A DNA stretch of 64,000 bases from Okamejei kenojei (Eukaryota). The stretch covers positions 15,376,001 through 15,440,000 of the forward strand of contig CM069160.1 of the NCBI GenBank assembly GCA_035221665.1. Reading direction: 5' to 3'. The notes below the pieces were generated by a model. It made no database searches. It had not been told where the DNA came from and worked only from the letters and a program-made list of their open reading frames with translations. Below, piece by piece: positions 24,911-39,266 of the stretch (its first letter is position 1; every line of letters begins with the position of its first letter). Made by a program: the position numbers and the translations under genes.

Positions 24911-25411
24911 TGTAGGGTTTTAGAATATTGTGCTGTTCTGGGCACCAAGGTTATAGGAAATGTTATTGTAAGCTTGAAAGGGTTCAGAGCAGATATACGT
25001 AGGATTGGTAGATTAATTGGCTTACAAGTATAAATGTAAAAAATTGTCCCTAGTGTGCATAGGATAGTGTTAATATTTTCGGGGGATCACTGGTCGGCAC
25101 GGACTCGGATGGGCCCGAAGGAGCCTGTTTTCCGTCTCAGTATCTCTAAAACTAAACGGTTTCAATCTCCAAAACAATTGGCAAGTTACTAAACTGTAAC
25201 TAGCCGCCCTAATATGGATGCCACAAGTGAGTTTACTTTCTTGCTATTAATTATTTAGACAGTTCAGAGGACACAGAGAAGATCTTACGTGGATGTTGCC
25301 AGGACTAGAGGGTTGTGTGCTACAGCGGAGAGGTTGAGTAGGCTGGGGTCTCTCATTCCATGGAGCGCAGGAGGATGGGGGAGAATCTTATGAAACATAG
25401 AAACATAGAAA

Positions 25412-28400
25412 TTAGAGTGCAGGACGTAGGCCATTCAGCCCTTCGAGCCTGCACCGCCCATTCAATATGATCATGGCTGATCATCCAATCCAGGTATCCC
25501 GATACCTGCCCTTCTCTCCATACCCTCTTTTCCCTTAGCCACAAGGGCCTCATCAACCTCACTCTTAAATATAGCCAATGAAATTGGCCTCAACTACCTC
25601 CTGTGGCAGAGAGTTCCAGAGACTCACCACTCTCTGTGTGAAAAAGTCTTTCTCTTCTCGGTCTTAAAGGATTTCCCCCTTATCCTTAAGCTGTGTCCCT
25701 TGTCCTGGACTTCCCCCAACTTCGGGGAAAAACAATCATTCCTGCCATCTAGCCTGTCCAAACCCCTTAAGAATTTTGTAAGTTTCTATTAAGATCCCCT
25801 CCTCAATCTCCCTAAATTTTTTCCAAGAGAGTATAAACCGCTGGGGTATATCCAGTCTTTTTCTTTCATATAAGACAGTCCTGAACATCCCTAGGATCGT
25901 CTGGTTGAAACCTTCTCTGCCTCCCTCCATGGCAATAATGTCCTTCCCTCAGATTTGGAGACCAAAACTGTACGCAATTACTCCAGGTGTGAGTCTCACA
26001 AAAGACCCTGTATAACTGAAGTAGACCTCCCTGCTCATGTACTCCAATTCTTTTTGCATTTGAAAGCTAACATACATTCGCTTTTTTCACTGCCTGCTGA
26101 ACTGCATGCCTACTTTCAATGAACTGGTGTACCATTGACACCCAGGTCTCGCTTGCATCTACCCACATTTTCCTATTCGACCCACCATTTAAATAATAGT
26201 CTGGCTTTCCTGGTTTTTGCCACCAAAGTGGATAACCTCATCATTTATCCACATTATTACTGCATCTGCCAAACACTTTGCCCACCACCCAGCCTATCCA
26301 AGTCACCTTGCAGTCTCCTAGCATCCTCCTTCACAGCGTACCACTGCCCCCCCAGCTTAAGTGTCATCAGAAACTTGGAGATATTGCCTTCAATTCCCTA
26401 TCCACCCGCGAATCATTAATATTATATTGTAAATAGCTGGGGTCCCAGACTGTGCCCTGCGGTTACCCCACTAGTTACCTGCCTGTTCTGTGAAAAGGAC
26501 CACCCGTTTTCTCCTACTGCTTTGCGTCCTGTTTGCCAGCCAGTTTAAGTTCTTATCCACCTCCAATACTGAAAACACTAATCAGTATACTTTAAGTTTG
26601 TATACTAATATATTATGTGGGACCTTGTCGAAAGCTTCTGGATGTCCGATTACCACATCCCACTGGTTCTCACTTATCCTCGCATAATAGTTACATTCCT
26701 CGAAAAATTCCACAAGATTCGTCAGGACTGATGATTTACCTTTTTGTAAAATCCTGCTGACTTGTCCAAATGATTTCACCACTTTCCAAATGTGCTGCTA
26801 TCCCTCATCTTTAATCAACTGACTTAGCAGTTTACCCCACTACCGATGTTAGACTAAAACTGGTCGGTAATTCCCCGTTTTCTCTCTCCCTCCCTTCTTA
26901 ATAAAGAGGGGGGTTACATTTTGCTACCGCCATCCTCAGGAAACTACTCCTGAAATCTAAAGAGTTTTGAAAGATTTCCCTAATGCATCCTACTATTTCC
27001 TGAGCTACTTCCTTAAGTACTCTGGGATGCAGCCTATCTGGCCCCTGGGATTTATCGGCCTTTAGTCTATTCAATTTACCCCAACACCACGCTTCCCGAA
27101 TGACCTGGATTTCACTCAATTCTCCTTTGACCCTCAGTCCCCTGCTATTTCAGAAGTATTAATGTTATGTCCTTCTTAGTTGTAGTGAAGAACGGAACCA
27201 CACACAGTAGTTATTCAATTGGTCCGCCATAATCCTGGTTCCCCATCGATCAACTCACCTGTTAAGAGTGCTATATTTAAGAGTGAGGTTGGGATGTGGC
27301 CCTTGTGGCTAAGGGGTTCAGAGGGTATGGAGAGAAGAGCAGGTATGGTGATACTGAGTTGGAGAATCAGCCTTTGATACATATTTGAAATGGCGGTGCA
27401 GGCTCGAAGGGGCCTGAATGGCCTCCTACTACTGCACCTAATTTTATGTTTCTATGTTTATATGTTTCTGACTGCTGAGAACCTACATTTGTTTTTAACT
27501 AACCTCATTTACCATTCACATAATCTATAAAAAACGTTTGCAGTCAGTTTTTATGTTCCCTGCCAGTTTTCTTTCCTTAATATACTTTTTCCTTTCCTAA
27601 TTAGCCCTTTGTACTCTCTGCTGGTCTATGAATTTACTCACCAGTCCTGGTATGCTGCTTTTTCATGGGGCTACTTTGTACGCATCATCCTTTTGCTTTG
27701 ATTACTATCCCTCGATTTCCATTGTTATCCACGGATGCACTACCTTCCCCGAATTTTATTCTTTTGCCAAACTGGGATGAACCAATTTTTGTCCGTTCAT
27801 CCATGCAAGTTCTTTAAATGTCTTCACTTTGTATACTCCACCGTCACCCTTTTAGAATTAATTTGCCAGTCAATCTTGGCCTATTCCGTCTCATACCCTC
27901 AAAGTTACCTTTCTTTTCGTTTCAGAACCATTGGTCTGAATTAACAATGTCATCTCCATCCCTAATGAAGGAAACTCAAACCATATATGGTCACTCTCTT
28001 GCCCAAGGCGGGTACGTTAACAAACAAGGGACGGCTAATTACTCCTTCCATCATTACTCAAAACCAAGTCCTAAAAAATAGACCTGCTCTCTCGTTGGTT
28101 CCTCTACATGTTGATTTAGATAACTATTCCGCATACATCCCAAAAAATCCTCTTCCTCAGCACACCCCTGCCAATTGATTAACCCAATCTATATGTAGAT
28201 TGTTGAAGTCACCCATCTTTAACTGTTTTGCCTTTGTCGCACGCATTTCTAATTCTCCTGTTTGATACCATCCCCAACTTTCTGCTATCTGTTAGGTGGC
28301 CTGTAACAACAACACCCACCAGCGTTTTCTGCCCTTAGTGTTTTGTAGCTCATACACTACGTTTCCACATCCTCCAAGCTAATGTCATTCTTTCAACATT

Positions 28401-29340
28401 GCTTTAATCTCCTCTCTAACCAGCAACGCATAAACCCCACCTCCCTTTTCCTTTCTCTCTATCCCTCCTGAATATTGAATATCCCTGGATGTTCAGCTCC
28501 CAAGCCTACGTCACCCTGGGAGCCATGTCTCCGTCTGAATCCCAACTATTTCATAATCATTTAATAATCTATCTGCACGTTACAACTCGTCCAGCTCTAT
28601 TTCGAATACTCCTTGCATTGGAGACACCAAAGCCTTCAGGCTTGTCTTTACAACGCACTTACCCCTAATACAATTTTGCTGAAAAGTGGAACCTTTTTGA
28701 TTTTTGCCCTGGTTTTGTCTGCCTGCCACTTCTACTTTTCACCTTGCTACCTAAGCTTCTACCCTCATTTGACACCCGTCCTGCCTCTTCTGTCTTGTAC
28801 CCATTCCCACTGCACATTTAGTTTTAAATCCTCCCCGACAGCACTAGCAAACACTCCCCCAAAGAACATTGGTTCCATTCCTTTCCAGGTGCAAACAGTA
28901 CTGTTTGTTTAACCGTCCACCACCCCCAGAATGGTCCCATGGTGCCCTAAAAAAAATTTGAATCCCTCCCCCTTTTGCACCACTTTTCAAGCACACGTAT
29001 TCATTTGCCATTATCCTCCTATTTCTACTCTGGACTGGCACCGTGGTAATGGTTAGTAATCCGGAGGGGATTTATACCTTTGAGGTCCTACTTTTAAGGT
29101 TTATCTCCTAGCTCCCTAAATTCACCTTGTTAGGACCTCATCCCTTATTTTTTTTACCTATATCGTTGGTGCATCATGCTCCACGACAATGGGCTGTTCA
29201 CCCTCCCCCTCAGAATGTTCTAAGCCGTTCAGTGACATCCCTGCTTTGCACCTGGGACGGCCAAATACCATCATGTAGTCTCAGATTGCGGCCGCAGGAA
29301 AAGCCTATTATTCCCCTTGACAATTGAATCCCCTATTACT
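25412..29340 (-). mobile_element. Long degenerate CR1 LINE (ORF1 esterase region, endonuclease, RT, 3' UTR)
   Basis: LKADKSQGPDRLHPRVLKE, LTNLVEFFEE, AFDKVPH, LHLERNGTNVL (ORF1); gaaacata tail at about 25400. Confidence 0.85.
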
Positions 29341-30025
29341 ATTGCCCTCACCTCTTATTTTCCACCCTAATGTGTTATTTTTAGAGGTGTACAAAATCAT
29401 TGAGAGGAATAGATGGGTAGACGCACAGAGTCTCTTGCCCCCGGAGTAGGGGATCGAATCGGAGGACCAGAGGGACATCGGTTCACGTTGAAGGGGAAAA
29501 GATTTAATAAGGTGAGTGTAATTCCAGAGGGGTAACTTTTTCACAAAGAGGGTGGTGGGTGTAATGGAACAAGCTGCCAGAGGAGGTAGTTGAGCTGGGA
29601 CTTATCCCATTGTTTACGAAACAAGTGCGACAGGTTACTGGATAGGACAGGTTTGGAAGGGATATGGACCAAGCGCAGGCTAAGTGGGGACTAGTGTAGC
29701 TGGGACGTTGTTGGCCGGTGTGGTCGAGTTGGGCGAAGGGGTGTTTTAACACTGTATTCACTCTGTGACATAGTGCAGCTGGGACTTGTTGGCCCGGTAG
29801 TGGGCGAGTTGGGCCGAAGTGCGTGTTTTCCACACTTGTATCACTCTGGGAATCTATGACATTTTGGTTGGATCCATCTTGACCCGAAACGTCACCATTC
29901 CTTTCTCCAGAGATGCTGGCTAGCCTGCTGGAGTTACTCCAGCATTTAGTGCCTCTCTTCGCGTGTGTAAAAGTGGCCATCTGCAGTTCCTTTGATACTA
30001 ACTGTTCTTTTCCTTATGCTCCCAG

Positions 30026-30064
30026 TTTGTGTGGCATTTCCTCTGACTCCAGTGGCGAAAGACG
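30026..30064 (+). CDS. Candidate cytoplasmic micro-exon of the receptor
   Basis: tgttcttttccttatgctcccag | 39 nt | gtaagt, in a unique island; phase-1 reading CVAFPLTPVAKD; reading frame uncertain. Confidence 0.5.
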
Positions 30065-31189
30065 GTAAGTAACGCCAGAGTTTTACCCAGAGCTGAACCT
30101 GTGGTTTTTTACAAGGCCCTGTACCAGAATGGTGCCTGGATTAGAGTATCCCAGCCACAGGGAGCCGTTGGCCAATGAAACAATAGACAACAGTGTGCGG
30201 ATGTAGGCCTTTCGGGCCCTTCGAGCCAAGCACCCCGCCATTCAATGTGATCATGGCTGTTCATCCCAATCAGTATCCCGATCTGACTTCTCCCCATGTC
30301 CCTGACTCCGCTATCTTTAAGAGCTTCTATCTTAGCTCTCTCTTGACATATCCAGCGAACCGGCCCTCCAACTCTGAGGCAGAGAATTCCACAGACTCAC
30401 ACTCTGTGGGTGAAAAAGTGTATCCTCTCATCTCCGTTCTAAATGCCTACCCCTTATTTCTTAAAAATGTGGCCCTTGGTTCTGGACTCCCCCAAACATT
30501 GGGAACCTGTTTCCTGCCTCGGCTGTTTCCAATCCCTTAATTGCATCAGAGGGCTGCGGTCGGTGGGAGGCCGGTTCTTGGTATACTTTCAAGGGAGAGA
30601 AGATAGAGGCTCTTAAAGATAGCGGGACGTCACCCGTAATCAAGATCGAAACCCGGGTCTTGGCGCTGTGAGGCAGCAACTCTACGCTGTGCACTGAGGG
30701 CCGCACTGGTCAATAGACAATAGGTGCAGGAGTAGGCCATTCAGCCCTTATATTTGCAACTCTGTGTTTGCCACAGCAAAATAATTGGAGGGGCTTGGCG
30801 GGTGATACAGGAATGCGGGTACGGTTTCTATGACTAAGTACAGTGGGCGGGGCTTGATTAATTTGCCTACACCTTAATATGTACATAATTAATTTTGCAG
30901 CTGATCCAACTTTACCTCTTGCGGTGGACGAAGCCGGAACTCGGTGATGAGTCCTCAATTGCAACGGACCCGCCGCGATGGTTGAATCCTGAGATAAATT
31001 GCGGAGAAAGGCCGGGGCGGGAACGGCCCAGTGTTAACTCCTGTTGACTTTGCAACAGAAATGGGGTGGAAAAATGGATCCTGCAACATTGACTCGGGGC
31101 GGACCCCAAGGGGGGGGGGGGCGGAAAGTGGGGAAAATAGTAGGGATGGGCAAGGAAGGAATGCAGCATGTTTAAGAAGGAACTTTGCA

Positions 31190-31800
31190 GAGATGCTGGA
31201 AAATCGAAGAGTAGACAAAAAATGCTGGAGTAAAACTCAGCGGGGGTGAGGCAGCATCTATGGAGGCGACAGGTAATAGGCAAAGGTTTTCGGGCCTCAA
31301 AACCTTCTTCTGACTGATGTGGGGTGGGGGGGGGGGCGGGAAGAAGAAAGGAAGAGGTTGGAGCCAGAGGGCTGAGAGAGAGTTGAGAGGGGGAGGAGGA
31401 GACGGTAAGGACTACCGGAAATTGGAGAAGAAGTCAATGTTTCTTACCGCTGGGGGTTGCAAAACTAACCATGCGAAATCTGAGTTGCTGTTCCTTCCAA
31501 TTTACGGTGGGCCTCACTCTGGCCGTGGAGGAGGCCACCAAAGACAGAAAGGCTCGGATTTCGGAATGGGAGGGGGAGTTGAAGTGCCTGAGCCACGGGA
31601 GATCAGGTTGGTTATTGCGGACCTGAGTGAGGTGTTGGGCGGACGAAGCGATCGCCAAGCCTGCGTTGGTCTTCACCGGATGGTAGAGCCAGCTGACATC
31701 TAGAGCATGCGGAGGCAATAGATGAGGTGGAGGAGGTGCAGTGAACCTCGGGCCGCAACCTGGAAAGTGCATGGGTCATTGGATGGAGTGGTCGAGGGGG
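31190..31800 (-). mobile_element. Penelope-like element fragment (GIY-YIG)
   Basis: EDQRRLGDRF, RHFNSPSHS, plus a terminal repeat with a decayed hammerhead core. Confidence 0.75.
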
Positions 31801-33374
31801 GGGACGGTTAAAGCGGCCAATTGCAGATGCTGGTTTAAACCGAAGATAGACACAAAAATGCTGGAGTACAGGTGTCAAGGGTATATAAACAGGGGGGAGA
31901 GAGGAGGAATGAATGAATGAAGAGGTTTATTCGGCCATGTATTCACATACAAGGGAATTTGCCTTGGTGCTCCGCCCGCAAGAAGTGAAAAACATGACAC
32001 ACAGTGACAGATTTAGGAATGACACATGAAATATTAAACATTAATAATAAAACATTATTGATTACTCTACATGTGAAATTTAAATAAAATACCAGAGCAA
32101 AAGGATCTACAGATTTTTGGTTATTGAGTAGAGCTACTACTCTCGTAGAAAAAAGCTGTTTTTATGTCTGGCTGTGGCAGCTTTGACAGTCCGGAAGTCG
32201 CCTTCCAGAGGAAGTGAGTCAAAGAGTTTGTGGCCAGGTCTTGAGTGGGGGTCAGAGATGTATCTTGCCCGCTCGCTTCCTGGCCCTTGCAGTGTACAGT
32301 TCGTCAATGGGGGGAAGGTTGCAGCCAACAACCTTCGCAGCTGATCGGACGATTCGCTGCAGGCCCGGGTGTCGTGCTTGGTGGCTGAGCCAAACCAGAC
32401 CATGATGGAGAAGGTGAGTACAGACAGACTCTATGATGGCCGTGTAGAATTGGACCATCATTGGGTGGGAGAATGGGATTAGGAGGGAGGGAGATATAGA
32501 GTTTCAGCCGGGTTCTGGGGGTCTTGGTACATCAGTCTATGAAAGTAACATGCAGGTACAGCAGGAAAATGAAGAAGAAGGCAAATGGCATGTTGGCCTT
32601 TATAACAAGAGGAATCGAATGTTGTATACAAAGCGCAAACTCCTTCTGCAGTTGTACAGAGCCCTAGTGAGACCACACCTGGTGTATTGTGTGCAGTTTT
32701 GGTCCCTTAATTTAGAGGAAGGACATTCTTGCTATTGAGGGAGTGCAGTGTAGGTTTTACAAGGTTAATTCCCGGGATGGCGGGACAGTCGTATGCTAAG
32801 AGGATGGACAGCTGGCTTGTACACTCTGGAGTTTAGAAGGATGAGAGAGGCTTCTCATTGAAACGTATAAGATTGTTAACGGATTGGACACGCTAGAGGC
32901 AGAGGAACATGTTCCCCGATGTTTGGGGAGTCCAGAACCAGGGGCCACACGGGTTAAGAATAAGGAGTAAAGAATTTAAAACGGAGAGGAGGAAACACTT
33001 TTTCTCACAGAGAGTGGCGAGTCTGTCGGAATTCTCTCTCTGCTTAGAGGGCAATGAAAGCATTCTCCTCTGGATGCTTTCAAGAGAGAGCTAGATAGGG
33101 CTCTCAAAGATAGCGGAGTCAGGGGCTATGGGAAGAAGGCAGGAACGGGGTACTGATTGTGGATGATCAGCCTATGATCACACTGAATGGCCCTCGGTGC
33201 TGGCTCGAAGGGCCAAATGGCCGACTCCTGCACCTATTGTCTATTGTTCTATTGTCTATCAGCCGTGATTGAATGGTGGAGTAGGCTTGATGGGCCGAAT
33301 GGACTAATTCTGCTCTTACGAACTTACAAATGCACGGAAATAGATTTGTGATCGGCTTTCTTTGCCTTTGACAG

Positions 33375-33418
33375 GAATCCCAGCTGGCAAACCCATCGAT
33401 CTACCTTCCCATGGAAAG
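33375..33418 (+). CDS. Candidate cytoplasmic exon, ESQLANPSIYLPME (YxxM)
   Basis: ctttctttgcctttgacag | 44 nt | gttggt; the phase-0 reading joins the next exon in frame. Confidence 0.55.
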
Positions 33419-35179
33419 GTTGGTACAGATCCAGCAACCGTGAATGTCATTCACGAACCATCGTTACACCCGCTGATAGACACAGAGAGCTGGAGTAACT
33501 CAGCGGGTCAGGCAGCATCTCTGGAGCGAAGGAATGGGTGACGTTTCAGGTTCACACCCTTCTTCAGACCGCTGCTAGTCTGCTTTACTTTAGGCTTCAG
33601 AGATACAGCGTGGAAACAGGCCCTTCGGCTCACCGGGTCCATGCCGACCAGCGATCATCCCATACACTAGCACTATCCTACACACTCTAGGGATAAGTTA
33701 CAATTTGCGGAAGTCAATAAACCTGTGCCTCTTTGGAGTGTGGGAGGAGACCAGAGCATCCGGAGAAAACCCACGCAGTCACAGGGAGAATGTGCAAACT
33801 CCACTATTCAAATGTCGTTTGAGTCAAATCTTACCCAAATAGTCCCGGTGAGCAGACAATAGACAATAGGTGCAGGAGTAGGTCATTCGGCCCTTCCAGT
33901 CAGCACCGCCATTTATATAGAAACATAGAAACATAGACAATAGGTGCAGGAGGAGGCCATTTGGCCCTTCGAGCCAGCACCGCCATTCATTGTGATCATG
34001 GCTGATCGACACCAATCAATAACCCCGTGCCTGCCTTCTCCCCAATATCCCTTGACTCCACTTAGCCCCTAGAGCTCTCTATCTAACCCTCTCTTAAATC
34101 CATCCAGTGACTTGGCCTCCACTGCCCTATGTGGCAGGGAATTCCATAAATTCACAACTCTCTAGGCGATAACGTTTTTTCTCACCTCAGTCTTAAATGA
34201 CCTCCCCTTTTATTCTAAGACTGGTGATCTAAGATTTAATGTGATCATGGCTGATCATACACAATCAGTACCCCGTTCCTGCCTTCTCCCCTTATCCCTT
34301 GACCCCGCTATCTTTAAGAGCCCTATCTATCTCTCTCTTGAAAGTATCCAGAGAATTGGCCTCCACCGCCCTCTGAGGCGAGGAATTCCACAGACTCACA
34401 AACTCTCTGTGAGAAAAAGTGTTTCCTCGTCTCCGTTCTTAATGGCTTACCCCTTATTCTTAAACTGTGTGTGGCCCCTGGTTCTGGTCTCCCCCAACAT
34501 CGGGAACACGTTTCCTGCCTCTAGCGTGTCCAAACCCTTAATAATCTTCTATCTTTCGGGGGGGCGTCAAGGTCCGATAGTTGAGTTTAGTTTAATTGAG
34601 AGATACAGCGCGGAAACAGGCCCTTCGGCCCTCCGAGTCTGGGCCGACCAGCGATCCACCCCGTACATTAGCACTATCCCACACACACACACTGGGGAAC
34701 AACTTTACAATTGACAGAAGCCAATTAACCTGCAAATACGCACGTATTTGGAGTGTGGGAGGAAACCCGAGCACCCAGAGAAAACCCACGCAGGTCGCGG
34801 GGAGAGGGTACAAACTCCATGCAGAAGTAACCCGTGGTCGGGATCGAACCGGGCGCTGCCAGGCAGTGACTCTACCGCTGCGCCACCGTGCCGCCCCATG
34901 GGGGGACCCAGGTGGAAGCGGGGGCCACGTTTTCTCCCTCTGGGCTGATCATCTCGCTCCCCGCTTCTCCTTGAAGCCTGAGGTCTTCAAGGCTACCGCC
35001 CAATCCAGATGGAGGCTTGGACGCCGCACAGCCATTAAACCAACCTCCACGGCACCATGCTCACGAGCCCTCCAACTAGAAGAGTAGAAACACCAAGAGA
35101 CTCACCAGAGAAGAACCGGATAAAAAAGAAAAGAAAAGGAATAGGAATCGCGACGACGAAGAATAAGGAACAGAAAACC

Positions 35180-36060
35180 CCTCTCCTCCCCCTCCTCTCC
35201 TCTCCAGGCCCCAGGCACCCCGAACATCTCCATGAGACTCCCCTCTCCTCACAGATATCCCCTCTCCCCGAAACACCCTCACACTCTCCACCCTCTCTCC
35301 TCTCCACTCCACCTCCTCTCCACCCCTCTCCCTTCTACCTCCTCCCTTCACCCCTCCTCCCCTCCTACCCCTTCCCCAGCACGCCCCCTTCCACGCTCCT
35401 CTCCACCCTTCCCCTCCCCTCTCCTTCTTCCTTTCTCCCCTCCCCTCTCCTCTCCCCTTCCCCTCATCTCATTCTCCCCCCCCCTTCCCTCTGCCCTCCC
35501 CCTCCCCCCTCATCTCATCTCCTACTCCCCTCTCCTTTCTCCCCTCCCCTCTACTCCCCTCCCCTCCTCCTCCTCCTCCTCTCCTCTCCTCCCCTGCCCT
35601 AACTTCCCTCTCCCCTCTCCATTCCTCCCCCCTCCCCCTCTCCTCCCCATCCCTCCACCCCCCCTGCTCCCTCCCTCCCTCTCTCCCTCCTCACCATCCG
35701 TCCCTCCTCCATTCCCTCCCATCCTCCTCTCCCCCTCCTTTCTTCCTCTTCTCCCTCCATTCCTCCTCCTCTCCCTCTCCTCATCCCTCCCTCCTCCTCT
35801 CCTCCCTACCTCTCACCATCCCTCCCTCCTCCACTCCTCACGCCTTTCCTCCTCTCATCCCTCCTCCACTCCCTGCCTCCCATCCTCCTCTCCCCCCTCG
35901 TTTCTTCCTCTCCTCCCGCCTTTCCTCCTCCCCCTCCCCCTCCCTCCCCTCATCCCTCCCTCTCCCCCTCTCCCCTCTCTTCCCTCCCCACTCTCCCTCC
36001 CCCACCATCCCCTCCTTCCGGATCTCCGTCCGCATCCCTTCGCTCCTGGATGTCCCCCCC
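35180..36060. repeat. C/T-rich low-complexity tract (~0.9 kb)
   Basis: Almost pure polypyrimidine on the plus strand. Confidence 0.95.
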
Positions 36061-36149
36061 CATTCACTGCCGCCCACCCAATGTCTCCGTCCCACTGTTG
36101 CCTTCAGCTGCAGCGATGGCCACTGACGTTTTCTCCTCCGCTCCCCCAG

Positions 36150-36193
36150 ATATGAAGACCCAGAGGAACATAATCCACATCTCCCACGGAAAC
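36150..36193 (+). CDS. Candidate cytoplasmic exon, (R)YEDPEEHNPHLPRK
   Basis: Branch-point-like cactgac, then gttttctcctccgctcccccag | 44 nt | gtaagc; phase 2 in matches the previous exon. Confidence 0.6.
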
Positions 36194-36929
36194 GTAAGCA
36201 TGAACCTACCATTACATTCCTCCTATCCTTCCAACATCAGAGGCCATTCAGCCCATTGTCTACTCATTTCCTTCTGACCGTTTCATAAGGCGTAGGAGCC
36301 AAATTAGACAATAGACAATAGGTGCAGGAGTAGGCCATTCGGCCCTTCGAGCCAGCACCACCATTCACTGTGATCATGGCTGATCATCCACAATCAGTAC
36401 CCCGTTCCTGCCTTCTCCCCATATCCTCGGACTCCACTATTTTTAGAGCACTATGTAGCTCTCTCTTGAAAGCATCCAGAGAACCGGCCTCCACCACCCT
36501 CTGAGGCAGAGAATTCCACAAACTCACAACTCTCTGTGAGAAAAAGTGTTTCCTCGTCTCCGTTCTAAATGGTTTACCATTTATTCTTAAACTGTGTGGC
36601 CCCTTGTTCTGGACTCCCCCAACATCGGGAACATATTTCCTGCCTCTAGCGTGTCCAAACCTTTAACAATCTTATGTGTTTCAATAAGATCCCCTCTCAT
36701 CCGTCTAAGCTCCAGAGTGTACAAGCCCAGCCGCTCCATTCTCTTCCCAGCTGTTAGGCCATTCAGCCCATTGTCTACCCATGGCTGGCATCTATCGTTC
36801 CCCCACAACCCCATTCTCCTGCCTTCGCCCCGTGACTTTTGACACCTTTACTAATCTAGAATTTGTCAGTTTCTGCTTTAAAATGACCCACTGACTTGTC
36901 CTCGACAGCCGTCTGTGGCAATGAATTGC

Positions 36930-37545
36930 ACGTGTCCCAGATAGGACAATGACATTCTTGCTTGCTGCGGCACAACAGAATATTGTAAGCATAAATACAG
37001 ATCAGATCAGTGTGTCTATATAGCATAGACCATATATATATACACATAAATTAACAGATAAAGTACAATAGGATTTTACAGTTCAGAGTTTGTTTGAAGT
37101 TGTGTTTGATAGCCTGATGGCTGTGGGGAAGTAGCTATTCCTGAACCTGGATGTTGCAGATTTCAGGCTCCTGTACCTTCTACCTGAAGGCAGCGGGGAG
37201 ATGAGTGCGTGGCCAGGATGGTGTGGGTCCTTGATGATGCTGCCAGCCTTTTTGAGGCAGCGACTGCGATAGATCCCTTCGATGGTGGGGAGGTCAGAGC
37301 CGGTGATGGACTGGGCAGTGGTCACAACTTTCTGTAGTCTTTTCCGCTCCTGGGCGCTCAAGTTGCCGAACCAGGCCACGATGCAGCCGGTCAGCATGCT
37401 CTCTACTGTGCAACTGTAGAAGATCAGGAGAGTCCTCCTTGACAGACCGACTCTCCGTAATCTTCTCAGGAAGTAGAGGCACTGATGTGCTTTCTTTACG
37501 ATTGCATCAGTGTGCTGGGACCAGGAGAGATCTTCGGAAACATTC
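36930..37545 (-). mobile_element. Rex1/Babar-type LINE 3' fragment
   Basis: SEDLSWSQHTDAIVKKAHQCLYFLRRLRR...VESMLTGCIVAWFGN...RFRNSYFPTAIR. Confidence 0.85.
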
Positions 37546-39201
37546 TCTGACAAAATAAATTCCTCCCCCTCAGGGCCCTTCTTCTCAAACTGCCTCGGCA
37601 GAGCCAGCAGCATAATGAAGGACGAGTCGCACCCCGGCCACTCCACCTCTTTCCCATCGGGCAAAAGGTGCAAAGGTGTGAAAAACGCACACCTCCAGAT
37701 TCAGGGCCAGCTTTTTCCCGGTTGTTATCAGGCAACTGAACCATCCTACCACAACCAGAGAGCAGTGCTGAACTCCTCATTGGAGCTTCTCAGACTATCT
37801 TTGATTGAACTTTGCTGGCTTTACGTTGCACTAAACACTATATGTATCTGCACAGCGTAAACGGCCTCATTGTAATCGGTTACAGTCTAAGTTTAGAAGG
37901 ATGAGAAGGGATCGTATTGAAACATATAAGATTATTAAGGTAGACAAAAGTGCTGGAGAAACTCAGCGGGTGAGGCAGCATCTATGGAGCAAAGGAAAGA
38001 GGCAACGTTTTGGGTCGAGACCCTTCTTCAGAACTGCCTCTGCAGTTAAGTTCCTTCTTAAGATTATTAACGGCTTGGACACGCTAGAGGCAGGAAACAT
38101 GTTCCCGATGTTGGGGGAGTCCGGAACCAGGGGCCACACAGTTTAAGAATAAGGGGTAGGCCATTTTGAAAGGAGACGAGGAAATGCTTTGTTTCTGTGG
38201 GAGGAAACCAAAGCACCTGGAGAAAACCCCGCGCGGTCACTGGGAGAACGTGCAAACTCTGTACAGACAGCACCCGAGGTTTAAGAATAAGGGGTAAGGC
38301 CATTTAGAACGGAGACAAGGAAACACTTTTTCTCACAGAGTTGTGAGTCTGTGGAATTCTCTGCCTCAGAGGGCGGTGGAGGCCGGTTCTCTGGATACTT
38401 TCAAGGGCGAGCTAGATAGGGCTCTTAAAGATAGCGGAGTCAGGGGATAGAAACATAGAAACATAGAAAATAGGTGCAGGAGTAGGCCATTCGGCCCTTC
38501 GAGCCTGCACCGCCATTCAATATGATCATGGCTGATCATCCAACTCAGTATCCTGTACCTGCCTTCTCTCCATACCCCCTGATCCCTTTAGCCACAAGGG
38601 CCACATCTAACTCCCTCTTAAATATAGCCAATGAACTGGCCTCAACTACCTTCTGTGGCAGAGAATTCCACAGACTCACCACTCTCTGTGTGAAAAATGA
38701 TCTTCTCATCTCGGTCCGAAAAGACTTCCCCCTTATCCTTAAAATGTGACCCCTTGTTCTGGACTTCCCCAACATCGGGAACAATCTTCCTGCATCTAGC
38801 CTGTCCAACCCCTTAAGAATTTTGTAAGATCCCCCCTCAATCTCCTCAATTCCAGCGAGTCTATCCAGTCTTTCTTCATATGGAAGTCCTGCCATCCCAG
38901 GAATCAGTCTGGTGAACCTTCTCTGTACTCCCTCTATGGCAAGAATATGGTGAGAAGATACGGGGAGAAGGCAGGAACGGGGTACTGATTGGGGATGATC
39001 AGCCATGATGACATTGAATGGCGGTGCTGGCTCAAAGGGCTCCTATTGTCGATTGTCTATTGTCTTTCTGGTGACTGGATAGCACGCAACTTAAAGCTTT
39101 TCACTGTACCTCGGTACACGTGGCAATAGACTGAACTGAGCTGAACTTCTCTTCTGCGCTGTTGTCCTCCATCGCCTCTGAATCTAATCCTTCTGCTCCA
39201 A

Positions 39202-39266
39202 CATCATCCACGGACGAAGGGATTACAATACGCGATTATCGTTTCAAAAACCTCCCAACACATTCG
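39202..39266 (+). CDS. Candidate ITIM-bearing cytoplasmic exon (damaged in this sequence)
   Basis: SSTDEGIT followed, after one extra A, by YAII (tacgcgattatc); pyrimidine tract upstream, but the acceptor reads ctccaa rather than ctccag; donor gtgggg. Confidence 0.4.

Noticed and set aside
35057-36212. Pro/Ser/Leu-rich and Gly/Glu/Arg-rich ORFs up to 307 aa
   Set aside because: Translation of the C/T low-complexity tract
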